This document shows, one piece after another, positions 1-10,900 of a stretch of 64,000 nt of DNA. The stretch covers positions 91,975 to 155,974 of IMG/VR virus record IMGVR_UViG_3300028888_001628. One strand, given 5' to 3'. This DNA is from a virus. Taxonomy: Duplodnaviria; Caudoviricetes. The number at the start of each line of letters is the position of its first letter. The first letter of the stretch is position 1. The notes under the pieces were generated by a model, which was given only the letters and a program-made list of their open reading frames with translations, did not search any database and had not been told where the DNA came from. The translations under genes and the position numbers were made by a program.

Positions 1-2
1 CA

Positions 3-797
3 TACTATGATGGTACTTCTATAATGAGCTTAGATGATGTCTGCAATTGGGTATCATCCAACGGTAAATACTCAGATCTTTGGGAATATGGTACGTCAAA
101 TACTACAGAACCAGCTCAACAAAGTTTTTATCTTGAAATTTACTATTCATGGTTAAATGTGAAATGTGATAAGTTTAAAGATGGCGTTATTAACATTGGT
201 TCACAGACTGTTTTAACTGCACCTGCTAATATTGTAGTAAATAATATTTTAACTTCATGGCGTGAGCGCGGTGTTCAATATCCAGTTGCTGGTGATCAGT
301 ATGGTGTTCTTCCAAGTTATTGCTCGGTTGTACAGAATCCAAAACTTAAGTCAGATAGAGACCAGTTAGTTCAGTATAGAATTAATCCTATTTATGATAC
401 AGGTACAAGAGGCGTTCAGATTTACGGAAATGAAACATTAAATGCTGGCTATACAGATCTTAACGCTGCACATATCGCAAGAACTCTTGTTTATCTACGA
501 AGTGCTATCGATGAATATACAGAGACTCTAAAATTCTCTATTAACAGTCAGTTCTTATGGGATATTTGGAAAAACTATGTGTCACATAATATTCTAGACC
601 CTCTTAAAACTTTAAACGGTATTAGCGAATATGAAGTTCTAATGGGCCCAGAAACTACTTCACGAGAAGAGATTGCAAATCGCAGAGTCAACGGTGTTGT
701 CCGTGTGATTTTCTATCAGGCTGCTGAAATATTCAATTTAACGTACACTGTTTATTCATCTTCAACTACGATCGCTGAAGCAACAGCTAATACTTAA
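3..797 (+). CDS. Contractile tail sheath protein, C-terminal part (5' end lies outside the window)
   Basis: Sheath C-terminal pattern DRDQL..RINPI...GVQIYGNETL...ARTL..L...F..N...EIANRRV...IFNLTYTV; frame is open to the window edge. Confidence 0.85.
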   Translation, partial: YYDGTSIMSLDDVCNWVSSNGKYSDLWEYGTSNTTEPAQQSFYLEIYYSWLNVKCDKFKDGVINIGSQTVLTAPANIVVNNILTSWRERGVQYPVAGDQYGVLPSYCSVVQNPKLKSDRDQLVQYRINPIYDTGTRGVQIYGNETLNAGYTDLNAAHIARTLVYLRSAIDEYTETLKFSINSQFLWDIWKNYVSHNILDPLKTLNGISEYEVLMGPETTSREEIANRRVNGVVRVIFYQAAEIFNLTYTVYSSSTTIAEATANT

Positions 798-819
798 TAA
801 TATAACTAATTAAAATTCT

Positions 820-850
820 AAACCCTACTTTTACAAGTAGGGTTTTTATT
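820..850 (+). terminator. Rho-independent terminator after sheath gene
   Basis: aaaccctactt-ttac-aagtagggttttt hairpin followed by T-run. Confidence 0.8.
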
Positions 851-932
851 TTGCTTTGAAATAATACATTAAGTTGTAAATAGCAGTTCTGTTATTGTAT
901 ATTACTATTTATTATTTAGGAGGTAATTAGAA

Positions 933-1241
933 ATGCAACTATCAGATACAATAGAATTCATGGTCTCAAAAGATTGGAAAGAAAGACTAAAGGCTGAATA
1001 TTGGCAGACGATGATTCGTGCAGCTAATCTAGAGAATTACATAAATCAAGATAACAAAACAGATTCATACGCTTCAGGTGTTGACTTGTTACTGTTGACA
1101 GTGCAGAGAGATATTATGTATTCTTATTTAACATCTCTATATAATAGAATTATTACGCTTGGTTTGAAAGAATATGTTGATGATACTTCAGATATGTGTA
1201 GTGTTGAATCAGTGTGCACTTCAGATAATACTAGTGAGTAA
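933..1241 (+). CDS. Small conserved phage protein (crAss001_48-like)
   Basis: Strong SD aggagg; M.S.DWKERLKAEY.Q..IR...L motif. Confidence 0.55.
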   Translation: MQLSDTIEFMVSKDWKERLKAEYWQTMIRAANLENYINQDNKTDSYASGVDLLLLTVQRDIMYSYLTSLYNRIITLGLKEYVDDTSDMCSVESVCTSDNTSE

Positions 1242-1246
1242 TTAAA

Positions 1247-1906
1247 ATGTCTTCTAATAATAACATAAACAGAATTGCATTACTATACAAAGACTTATTA
1301 TCATCATCTATAAAGCCTCTTAGTGAATCAGATAAATCTATACTATTAAATATACAACCAATAAATAAAGTAGTCGCAGTGGGTGATATAGATCTTTCTA
1401 ACTGGAATGCATATGCTCTTACTTACCTCTTACACAATAAATTAGTTGCCCCAGTTGTATTAGATGAATCAAAGATTTATCAATCATGGCACGCGATGCG
1501 AACACATAATGAGAAAGTGGCTCATCCACAAACACTTATAAGTCAAAGTGTTGTTATTAGAATAATTGGCCTTGATAATTCTGCAAACATAAATGACTAT
1601 ATAAATTCTTTTATAAATATGTGTATAGCGTCAGATGAATGTAAGCTCATATTTGTAGTCGTAGATGGTAATAAGAAATTCTACAAAGATAATATTTATA
1701 TTAGAAAATCAAACTCTACATTTATAGAGACTTCTACTGGAAAACCCTATACAGTTGAAAGTACGCCTTTATGTATTTCACCTGATCAGATAGTGTTCTT
1801 TAATAGTAATAAGAAATTACAATCAAAGTCTACAAAGACAAGACAGATATCTATTAAAAATAGTACATCATGCACTTCAATGTTAGACGATAAAGACTTA
1901 TTCTAA
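1247..1906 (+). CDS. Hypothetical protein
   Basis: 219-aa ORF in operon context. Confidence 0.6.
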   Translation: MSSNNNINRIALLYKDLLSSSIKPLSESDKSILLNIQPINKVVAVGDIDLSNWNAYALTYLLHNKLVAPVVLDESKIYQSWHAMRTHNEKVAHPQTLISQSVVIRIIGLDNSANINDYINSFINMCIASDECKLIFVVVDGNKKFYKDNIYIRKSNSTFIETSTGKPYTVESTPLCISPDQIVFFNSNKKLQSKSTKTRQISIKNSTSCTSMLDDKDLF

Positions 1907-2961
1907 TGGGTTTACAGGCTATGAAAAATTTACATACATTTAAATATAGACGTTTATACACACTCGAAAGACGTATTAAAGAATTAGAAAGTTTACTATT
2001 AGAAGGTAAACGAGATCAAGAAATATTAAATAATTTTTTAGGCGATGATTACTATAATAAATTTCAAACTATAAAGAATAAAATAAAAGACCCTGAGTAC
2101 AAAGATATTTATAAAATAATTAAAAAGGATCCTGATGATGTAAAGAGTTATATTGACACTATACAATCTTCATCTGACAAGAGGCGTGAGGATAAGAAAG
2201 GTGCTCAATTACTATATGAAGATGATGACTGGAAAGTATATAGAATAACAACTTACCCAGCAGCTCAATTATATGGAAAGAACACAAAGTGGTGTATTAC
2301 TGGAAGATATCCTGGCGAGGAAGGTAAAGGTGAAGAATATTTTAATGATTATATAAATGATAACGATTTAGACGGTGGTTATTATTTTTATTTAAATAAA
2401 AAAGATCCATTTGAAAAATATTGCGTTCTTCAAAAAGATAATGGCAAAATACATTCTATCTGGGATGCGAGTGACTCTAAAAGAGGTTCGTTAAATATAA
2501 ATATAGGCCTTCCAGAGATACCACAAGTGAATTTTATTAAATCAACATCAGTTGATTTTGGAGGGTATAAGTGGACTAAGATAGGAGAGTTAAATGGTCA
2601 CTCTCTTTATCTGTGTTATGGAATAGTAAGAAATATGGCCTTTAATGATTCAAGTGAATCTAATAAATGGAGTGACTCTGACATTTGTAGATGGTTAAAC
2701 TCTAATTTTTACAGTACTTTACTCCCTGATGAAAAGTCAAAAATTATTCCTTATAAAGGAGACAAACTATTCTTATTGTCTAAAGAAGAATATAGAAAAT
2801 TTGAAAACAATATACCTATTATTGATAAATCCTGGTGGCTTAGATCATCAAGCAATATGCTCAACTTTGCTGACTATATTAATTATGATGGTAATGTACG
2901 AATTTTCGAAGTCGACTCTGGTAGGATAAGTGTCCGTCCAGCTGTTTTATTAGATGATTAA
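1906..2961 (+). CDS. Leader-tagged protein with a 'G..TKWC' domain and C-terminal DUF6273-like domain
   Basis: LERRIKELE leader; AAQLYGKNTKWCITG; C-terminal W..SD.C.WLN..FY...LFLLS.EEY...WWLRS...VRPAV. Confidence 0.7.
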   Translation: MGLQAMKNLHTFKYRRLYTLERRIKELESLLLEGKRDQEILNNFLGDDYYNKFQTIKNKIKDPEYKDIYKIIKKDPDDVKSYIDTIQSSSDKRREDKKGAQLLYEDDDWKVYRITTYPAAQLYGKNTKWCITGRYPGEEGKGEEYFNDYINDNDLDGGYYFYLNKKDPFEKYCVLQKDNGKIHSIWDASDSKRGSLNINIGLPEIPQVNFIKSTSVDFGGYKWTKIGELNGHSLYLCYGIVRNMAFNDSSESNKWSDSDICRWLNSNFYSTLLPDEKSKIIPYKGDKLFLLSKEEYRKFENNIPIIDKSWWLRSSSNMLNFADYINYDGNVRIFEVDSGRISVRPAVLLDD

Positions 2962-2991
2962 GATCTGTTTTAGATATAATGAGGTTAAAAT

Positions 2992-3663
2992 ATGAATCAT
3001 AAATTAGAAAATCGAATAGCTCGTCTTGAACGTATTATTAAAAATGAAAAACACAGATTTAAATCTAAATATGTTTATGAGGCTGAACAACAGTCTAATA
3101 ACAGGATTGAATTAGGTGGTTACACATGGACAAAAATAGGAAATATGAAAGGCTATCCTATTTATTTGTGTGATGAGTTTGTACAGTTGATGGCTTTTGA
3201 TGGAAGAGAAGAATCAAATGATTGGGAAGACTCTGATATTCGTAAATGGTTAAATTCTGGTTTTTACAATACTCTATCTACAGAAGAGAAATCTGAGATT
3301 TCTCCTTTTGAAGGTGATAGATTGTTTTTATTGTCTGAAGATGAATATGAAAAGTTTAAGGGTAATATATCTAAGATGAATAATTGGTGGTGGCTCAGAA
3401 CGTCACTTCCAGATTCAAGTAGTGCTGTTGCGTTTGTTCATCGAGATGGTGATATTGATTATACATATGCTAACTACCCAAAAGCTGGTGTTCGCCCTGC
3501 TGTTTTATTAAACGTAGTAGATAGGGAAAAATTAGACCAGCTGTTAGATAAAATTAGGGATGCTTACGCAAACTACAAGTCACTATGCAATGATTTTATT
3601 GATGAGGGTGGTGATGAAGATGAAATTGATGGTATCATCCATGATATAAATCAAGTTCTATAA
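2992..3663 (+). CDS. Leader-tagged DUF6273-like protein
   Basis: LENRIARLE leader; DWEDSDIRKWLN..FY...LFLLSEDEY...WWWLRT...GVRPAV; paralogous to C-terminus of 1906..2961. Confidence 0.75.
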   Translation: MNHKLENRIARLERIIKNEKHRFKSKYVYEAEQQSNNRIELGGYTWTKIGNMKGYPIYLCDEFVQLMAFDGREESNDWEDSDIRKWLNSGFYNTLSTEEKSEISPFEGDRLFLLSEDEYEKFKGNISKMNNWWWLRTSLPDSSSAVAFVHRDGDIDYTYANYPKAGVRPAVLLNVVDREKLDQLLDKIRDAYANYKSLCNDFIDEGGDEDEIDGIIHDINQVL

Positions 3664-3738
3664 TATAAAAATAGAAAAGTATATAAATTTTATAAATATA
3701 TAATTGTATATTATTTAAATAAAATTATGAGGTAAGTT

Positions 3739-4086
3739 ATGATTAAAAGAAAAGCTACTTTAGAACAACGTATTAGTCGTCTTGAACGTGCATTACGAAA
3801 GAATGAAGGTTTTGGTTATAGATTAAAACCAGGTGATGTAGTTGAAGATGTGGACGGGAGAACAGGTGTTGTTGCTGCAGTTGGCCTAGCTGGAAATCTG
3901 TTTAAGAAATTTAGATCTAGATTATGTGATAGCAGTATTGATGAGATTATGGATCTTATGAGTGAAGATCCAAGTTGGGAATCAATTAGCGATTGTGTTG
4001 TAGTTTGTTATGATGACACATCTGATATGGATGGTGGTGATTGTGCTTTATGGACTGATCCTGAAAATGGGTTAGATCTTATCTAA
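3739..4086 (+). CDS. Leader-tagged small protein (SH3/KOW-like start)
   Basis: LEQRISRLE...KNE leader then LKPGDVV..DGRTGVV. Confidence 0.65.
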   Translation: MIKRKATLEQRISRLERALRKNEGFGYRLKPGDVVEDVDGRTGVVAAVGLAGNLFKKFRSRLCDSSIDEIMDLMSEDPSWESISDCVVVCYDDTSDMDGGDCALWTDPENGLDLI

Positions 4087-4119
4087 TCTTACTAAAGATA
4101 ATTAACATAACAAATAAAT

Positions 4120-4150
4120 AAACCCTGGTAGTTAATTCTATCAGGGTTTT
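4120..4150 (+). terminator. Rho-independent terminator
   Basis: aaaccctggtag/ctatcagggtttt hairpin. Confidence 0.7.
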
Positions 4151-4215
4151 ATTGTATATTATATATTACAATAAATTACTTATTGCCTTTTAGCCAATTA
4201 GGAGTTATAAGAAAT

Positions 4216-6498
4216 ATGGCACCGAGAAAGAAAAAGTCAGAGTCAGATGAAATTAAAACAAGCCGTGGTAATTATGAGCATTATGTTCCAGCTGTACCGA
4301 TTCTAGAAAATTTTGAAGAGGTATATAAATTACAGTATCATCTTATAAAATCTTATGATGAACTCATGAGTTTTTATAATAATGAGTTTAAACCGAATTC
4401 ATTCTTTGCATGGGATACTGAAACTTCTTCATTGGATCCTACTCAATCAGTCTCACGTGGTGACATGGTTGAAGGAAGAATTGTTGGTTATTCATTTACG
4501 CAGAATGGTCGCGACGGTTATTATGTACCTCTTTGTCACCCTGATTATGCATTAGGATATAAAGCTTTAAAAGTTTTATATGCTATGATCAGTAGATCAA
4601 AGCTTCATCTGTTATATAACGCAAGATTCGATATGCGCTTTCTTGAGTTTATGACACCTGAGAAATATAATTATGAACCTGAGAAAGATGAGAAAGTTTA
4701 TAAGTTCGATCTTTCAAATACTAAATATTTCGATGTTCAGTGTTCAGTTTGGTTAGCAGACACGAATGTACCAATGCCTTCATTGAAAAAATCTGAAAAA
4801 CATTTTCTTGGGTGGAACCCTCCTACATTTTCAGATACAGTAGGTGATGAATCTAACTTTGGGTATTTACCTGCTGAACAAGGATATCGTTATGCTTGTA
4901 TAGACGCATTAGGTACATATCATTTATTTCTAAAGACAGAGAAATATTTAGCTGAATCAGGTGCAGCAGGTAAACTTGATAATGAAGTTCTTTATCCTTT
5001 AATGAAGTTAGAGAACACTCCTGTTTACATAGATCACGATTATCTTGCTTCTATGAAAACTGATATTAAGAATCACTTGCAAGAATTGAAAAATTATCTC
5101 TATGAGCAAGTTGGTGGAAATGAATATAATATTAGTTCAGGTCGAGAACTTGTAGGTGTATTTCAGCAGCTTGGGATTGATACAGGCGCAAGAACTGCTA
5201 CTGGTCAGATGAAAACAGATATTAAAACAATCGACAACTATTTAATTACGCACGGCGATAATGAGTATCTTCGAAAACTAATTGAGTATAAGAAATTATT
5301 CAAGTTCGATAATTCATATCTTGAGACACTTTTAAAAATCTCATCACCAAATGAGATTGAAAAGCATCCAATTAGATTTAATTATTTCACGTGCCGTGTT
5401 CCTACCGGTCGTTTAGCGTGTGGTACAGATGGAAAGAATTCATTTTTCAGTCCTGTGAACTTTCAATCACTTCCTAAACCACATTCACATAATTATCATG
5501 TACACAAAGCAACGCCTGAACAGATTGCAAATAATGAAGATCTATGTGGTTATATCTTTGATGATAATCCTGAGAATAGTTTAGGTTTAACTGAAGGTCA
5601 AGACCCACATTTGAATGTTCGTAAGTCAATTCGCCCACCTACAAATGATTCAGTAATAGTATCTGTCGATATGAAAGCTGAAGAACTTCGTCTTGCTGCC
5701 AATGTATTTAATGAACCTACATGGATAAATGCATTTAATACAGGGCAAGATGTTCATAAAATGACAGCAATAAAGATTTTCGGTGAAGAGAATTATTGTA
5801 AAGAAGCACGTAAAAAAGCAAAGACTGCAAACTTTGGAATTCTGTATGGGTCTTCTGCATACGGATTTCATAATCAGTTCCCTGATATGACACTTGAAGA
5901 GTGTGAAGACTTTATTGATAAATTTAAATCTGCACTTCCTTCTATTGAAGCTGCTCAACGAAACGCATTTAGATTTGCAAAAAAGAACGGTTATGTAAAG
6001 ACTTATTTTGGAAGACCTCGTCGAGTAAAGTTTTATATAAACAGCTCAAATAGATCGATGCAAGGATTTGCAAAAAGAACTTGCAGTAATACGGTTGTTC
6101 AAGGGTGCGCTGGTGACGCGTTAAAACTAATGTTAATTAGACTATGGAATGATTTATTTACGAAGTATTATGATAAGGGGCTACGTTGGATTGGGACGAT
6201 CCATGATGAGATCAATTATCTTGTACCAAAGAGTTTAATCGATGAAGTAGTTCCTATTATTATGAAGTGTCAAACTATTAAATTACCTGATTGGCCCGTT
6301 GTTCTCGAACCAGATCTTTCTATAGGTAAATCTTTTGGTGAATTAATTCCATTTAACGTTATTTATAATGAAGATGGTACTGTAAAAGAATTTGTCCCAC
6401 AAATGGAATCAACTAAAGAGAAAGATCTTCATCCAAGTGATTCTGCAATCGATAATTATATACCAGAGATTGAAGATGATTACGATTATATGCAGTAA
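4216..6498 (+). CDS. polA: Family A DNA polymerase with 3'-5' exonuclease
   Basis: ExoI WDTET, ExoII YNARFD, ExoIII YACIDA, TGRL, motif A DMKAEELR, motif B RKKAKTANFGILYG, motif C IHDE; ATG 4216 follows GGAG. Confidence 0.95.
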   Translation: MAPRKKKSESDEIKTSRGNYEHYVPAVPILENFEEVYKLQYHLIKSYDELMSFYNNEFKPNSFFAWDTETSSLDPTQSVSRGDMVEGRIVGYSFTQNGRDGYYVPLCHPDYALGYKALKVLYAMISRSKLHLLYNARFDMRFLEFMTPEKYNYEPEKDEKVYKFDLSNTKYFDVQCSVWLADTNVPMPSLKKSEKHFLGWNPPTFSDTVGDESNFGYLPAEQGYRYACIDALGTYHLFLKTEKYLAESGAAGKLDNEVLYPLMKLENTPVYIDHDYLASMKTDIKNHLQELKNYLYEQVGGNEYNISSGRELVGVFQQLGIDTGARTATGQMKTDIKTIDNYLITHGDNEYLRKLIEYKKLFKFDNSYLETLLKISSPNEIEKHPIRFNYFTCRVPTGRLACGTDGKNSFFSPVNFQSLPKPHSHNYHVHKATPEQIANNEDLCGYIFDDNPENSLGLTEGQDPHLNVRKSIRPPTNDSVIVSVDMKAEELRLAANVFNEPTWINAFNTGQDVHKMTAIKIFGEENYCKEARKKAKTANFGILYGSSAYGFHNQFPDMTLEECEDFIDKFKSALPSIEAAQRNAFRFAKKNGYVKTYFGRPRRVKFYINSSNRSMQGFAKRTCSNTVVQGCAGDALKLMLIRLWNDLFTKYYDKGLRWIGTIHDEINYLVPKSLIDEVVPIIMKCQTIKLPDWPVVLEPDLSIGKSFGELIPFNVIYNEDGTVKEFVPQMESTKEKDLHPSDSAIDNYIPEIEDDYDYMQ

Positions 6499-6563
6499 TT
6501 AATAATCCATGTATCTTACACTAATATAGTATATCTATTTATAGAAAATACTATATTAGTGAG

Positions 6564-6878
6564 GTGATAATTATGCCACTAAATAACAGAGAGTATATAA
6601 AGAATATTAAAGACATTATGCTGTGTCTTCAGACTATGGTAAAGACTAGATTCGGTAAGAAGACAAAGATTATATTTACAAGTGGAAAGTATAAAAGTGC
6701 ATACATGAGTTTTTACAAAGCACCTAGAGTTTGGCAGTTTTACTGTGAAGATCGTGTGAGTAATTATATGCTGTATCTTGTTAAAGATGATAAAGTTATT
6801 AGAAGTGAGATGATTAGAAAATCAGAGTTGATAGAGCATTTTTATACTAAAATATCACACTTGTTCACGTATATGTAA
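6564..6878 (+). CDS. Hypothetical protein
   Basis: ORF with gagg SD. Confidence 0.55.
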   Translation: MIIMPLNNREYIKNIKDIMLCLQTMVKTRFGKKTKIIFTSGKYKSAYMSFYKAPRVWQFYCEDRVSNYMLYLVKDDKVIRSEMIRKSELIEHFYTKISHLFTYM

Positions 6879-6893
6879 TATTGGAGATTTAGT

Positions 6894-7904
6894 ATGGATA
6901 ATATTGAAGATTTAAAAACTGATGCTAGTATAGCATATATACTCCAAAAACTTAAAGAAACTAAACCTGTTAAACAGCCTGAGGTTGAAACAGATACTGC
7001 TGATAAATCAGACAAAGACAATTCTCTAATAATCCCAGTAAAAGATATTCCAGTAAATAGTTTTAGTAAGAAAGAGTTTCCAGCAAAAGAGGTACAATTA
7101 GAGAAAGAACCAGAGACTCATGAGAATTCTTTTGCAGACAATAATATTCTTCCATGGTTTTCAAAAAGTGATAAAGATTTAAAGCTTATTCACTATCTGT
7201 CACTAAATGACTCAGGTTATTTAGTGCATAATAGTATTAAAGTTAGTAGTCCTGCTAATGATATAGCATCTTTAAAGCTTAAGAACAATTATGTCTGTGA
7301 CGTTGATTATTACAAGTCAAGACATTATGTGTTACACGTAGCTCATTTCGAAAGTAATTTCCCATACAGTAAAACATTCACACCTACTGATGAAAGTTTG
7401 CAGACAACTAATGAATCAGCAGAAAATCCAGAGTTAGTAAAAGTATCACAAGATGATGTTTGTAAAGAAGTTGCACAGAATGAGAAATATTTCCATTATG
7501 TAGTATTTACAGATTTGGGTATTGCTGATTTCATTGTTAGACAAGATTATCTTCCATTTCCATACGGTGAACCTGATTTAAATAAATGGTTTGAAGAATC
7601 GTCAAACTATGTTTCAATAGAAATGCCTAACTTTAAAGCTAACCCACATATTGTGTCTGATAAAGCAAATTCTATTAGAGATATAAAGCATGACATTATA
7701 ACAATGCACCGCCCTGGTATTATTACTTTAGATTCAGTTGATAATAATGATTCGAGTTATAGTATTCATCTTAAATTAAAGGATGAGTTTAATTTTATTC
7801 AGTTAAATAGAATTCTTGGTTGCTTAAAATATTATTCTCAAAATGAATCAAAGTCATTAGATAGTTTTAAGAGATTCATAAATAAATACTTCGATATAGA
7901 ATAG
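6894..7904 (+). CDS. Hypothetical protein
   Basis: 336-aa ORF with ggag SD. Confidence 0.65.
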   Translation: MDNIEDLKTDASIAYILQKLKETKPVKQPEVETDTADKSDKDNSLIIPVKDIPVNSFSKKEFPAKEVQLEKEPETHENSFADNNILPWFSKSDKDLKLIHYLSLNDSGYLVHNSIKVSSPANDIASLKLKNNYVCDVDYYKSRHYVLHVAHFESNFPYSKTFTPTDESLQTTNESAENPELVKVSQDDVCKEVAQNEKYFHYVVFTDLGIADFIVRQDYLPFPYGEPDLNKWFEESSNYVSIEMPNFKANPHIVSDKANSIRDIKHDIITMHRPGIITLDSVDNNDSSYSIHLKLKDEFNFIQLNRILGCLKYYSQNESKSLDSFKRFINKYFDIE

Positions 7905-7928
7905 TTATTCAATTACTCTTATAGTTTT

Positions 7929-7972
7929 AAACCTAATCTGTATATCAAATTTTTATACAGATTAGGTTTTAT
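7929..7972 (+). terminator. Rho-independent terminator (stem nearly identical to the one at 23285)
   Basis: aaacctaatctgtata...tatacagattaggtttt. Confidence 0.75.
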
Positions 7973-7992
7973 TTTATTATAAGAGGTTAACT

Positions 7993-10900
7993 ATGGCAGC
8001 CTATTTTGGTGATAGCTCACAAGCTAGTAGCAAAACATCTATAGAATCAGTATCACAGAAAGTGTGGAGCGATTTTTCATCACACATGAGAAATGCTAGT
8101 GCTGAAGAAAAGAAAACTTTTGATAAGCTTACAACTATAGTACAAAGAAATGCAAACTCAGAGGTAGTTAGATCTGAGAATGCTAGACGTGATTCACGTG
8201 CAGCGGCAGCAGCGGTACATGATAAAGTGGATAAAGGTATTAGTGCTATTGATAAACTTCGTGACGCATTAAAGGGTGCATTAGATAAACTATATGATAT
8301 GCTTAAGTCATCGTTAAAAGAATCACTTAAAAAATATGATGACTTTGCAAGATCTCTTAGGGAGAAGAATATTTCTAGTGCTGATAAGAAAGCGGCTCAA
8401 GCGGCAGCAACAAGAGCTAAAAATGTAGATGACGGTTTGTATGTAGCGCAAGAAAGCATCAATAGTTTACTTACAAACATGGCTGATGAAAATAATGCAT
8501 ATTTTAGAAAATTAACTACAGTTACAGAAAATGCTGCTGCAAACGCAGCAAATGATAAACGTATAAATATGTTAGCTTCTCTTGTAGAGAAGCAAGGTAT
8601 GTCTACTCAAGATGCTATCAAATTGTCGCAAAGTGTGTCAGATAAAGATTTAGACAAGTTAGAGTATTTTGTATTACAGTCTTCAGAGGGACTAGGCGGT
8701 AAACAGGTGCTTGATAGTGCCGTAAAAATGCTAAACTCCGCAGAAGGCCAATTAATGCTTCAATCAGGTAATGCGATAGATGCTCTTAATTCAATGGGAG
8801 ACTCTGCTAGAAAACTAGCAGCTATCGGTGGTAATTTTACAAGTCAGACATCCACTGCTCTAACAGAGCTTGGGATGCAGATGAAGACTGGTGTTTTAGA
8901 GAATATTAATACACAGAACTTAGTTGCAGCATTAGGCATTACTGGTGGTAAAATTAATAGTCCTGAAGAAATAATTGATTCTATTAATAACAAACTATTT
9001 GAAATACAGTCATTACAACAATCTGGTAATGAAGAGGGCGCTGAGAGACTAGCAAAGCAATTAGAAAATGGTTTAAGGCCGTTATTTGGTGAAAACGAAC
9101 AAGTCATGGCTGAGATGATGAGTTCAATTGGTGCTGCTAAGAAAGGTAATCTTGCTTTTGAAAACGTTAAAGTTGGTGAAGAGCTTTTAAAACAGGCGAA
9201 GCAAACTAATGAAGAAAACAGAAAAAATGGAAAGCTATCTGATTTAACTGATAGTTTTCTTGCAGGTGTTAATAACATCACTGCTGATATGTTTGGTATA
9301 GAAGGTGGTCTACTAGGCAATCTTGCTGTAAATTTAGATGAGATGTTTGGCGGTAGTCTTCCTATGAACGATGTAGTTAGTAATGGTTTTGCTTTAGTTG
9401 TTAGTTTGTTAGAGGGTATTAGATTAGGCCAAATAACTCAATCTATCGGTAGTTTCTTTGGCGGTTCTGGCATAGGTGGTATGTTCACTGGTGTTCTTGG
9501 AAAAGCTGGTGGTTTATTTGGAAAATTAGGTAATGTTTTTAGTAAACTTGGTCCAGTATTTACAAATATAGCGACAAAAGGATTACCTATAGCATTTGTG
9601 GCAGGTGCTGCTTTACTTGCGTATAAAGCGATTAAAGGTGAGATTGATCGTGGCGATGAAGTAGAAGCAGTAAAAGATGAGATTAAAGATAAAGATGCAG
9701 AAATAGCACGCAAAGAAGCTGAACTTCAAGCTGCTAAAGATTTTAATAATCCAAATGCAGGTAGAATTGAACAAGAATTAAATGCACTTAAAAAGTCAAG
9801 GGAAGGTCTTGATAAGAAGCTTGATGAAGCTGTTGGTAATGCTAGAACTAATAATGAAAAAACTTATGATGACTATGTAGCGTCGAACAGATTAAAGAGA
9901 GTTTCACTTGAGCAAGAAATAGATATGTTTGCTAAAAATGCAGAAAGATATCTTGCAATGGGTGATGCTGAAAATGCAGCTAAACAAAAATCAATGGCTG
10001 ATGCAGCAGATAAACAATTAAAAGAAATAGAAGCTCGCAATGAGGCACTTAAAGATTATAGTCATACAATGTTAGCTGCTATGTTAGAGCCACTAAATCT
10101 TGAAGCAGACAGTATGCTAAAATTAAATAAGTATAAAGATCTTATTTATTCGATTGTTTTAGGTTTATTTGGCCCTATTGGAAAGATAGGCAATGATATA
10201 AGACTTATTACAACTAATTGGGATAAGATAACTGCTAAGATAGGTTCTACTATAGGTAGTATTTTACCAACAGCCCAAGATTTTAGAGATACAATTAGTA
10301 ACGGCATAGATAAAGCTAAAGACCTTAAAGCTACGATTAGTAAAGGCGTTGATAATTTTAAAACTAAGATTTCCAATGTTATTAATCCATTTAAAGACTT
10401 TTTTAAACTTGAGTGGCTTCCGCAGAGTATAAAGAACTTTATCTTTGGCGGTGGCAAAGAAGCAGCTAGTAAGTCGTCGTGGATCGGAAATATTGGTAAT
10501 GTCATAACTACCACATTTAAAAATATTAGATCAGACTTTAAAAACTGGTGGAACGACTTTAAACTTTTTGCAAACGGTGGTGTTGTTGGTTCAGCCACAA
10601 AAGCTGTTGTCGGTGAAGCCGGCAAAGAAGTAATATTCCCATTAACTAAACCTGATCAGATACGAAATGTATTTTCTCAACTATCTAATAATGAAAAGTT
10701 CTTACTACTTAAAGAATTACTTAAATCAAATCAGTCTTTTTCTATTACAAGCCTCTCTAGTGTATTATATAATATACTGACTAATAAAGATAAACTTTAT
10801 AAACAAAGTGGAACTTCTAATAGAGAACTTGTATCTGGCGATGTTACACAGACGGATCTTACTAGAAAAATTATAGAAGGCGCAGCAGCACAGAAAGGTC

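Noticed and set aside
2540-3510. Active diversity-generating retroelement at the DUF6273-like genes
   Set aside because: No reverse transcriptase and no near-identical adenine-variant template repeat is visible in this window.
4216-6498. Intein or intron in polA (also checked nrdD)
   Set aside because: Both ORFs are continuous and of normal size. The short insertion before polA motif A has no intein or homing endonuclease motifs.
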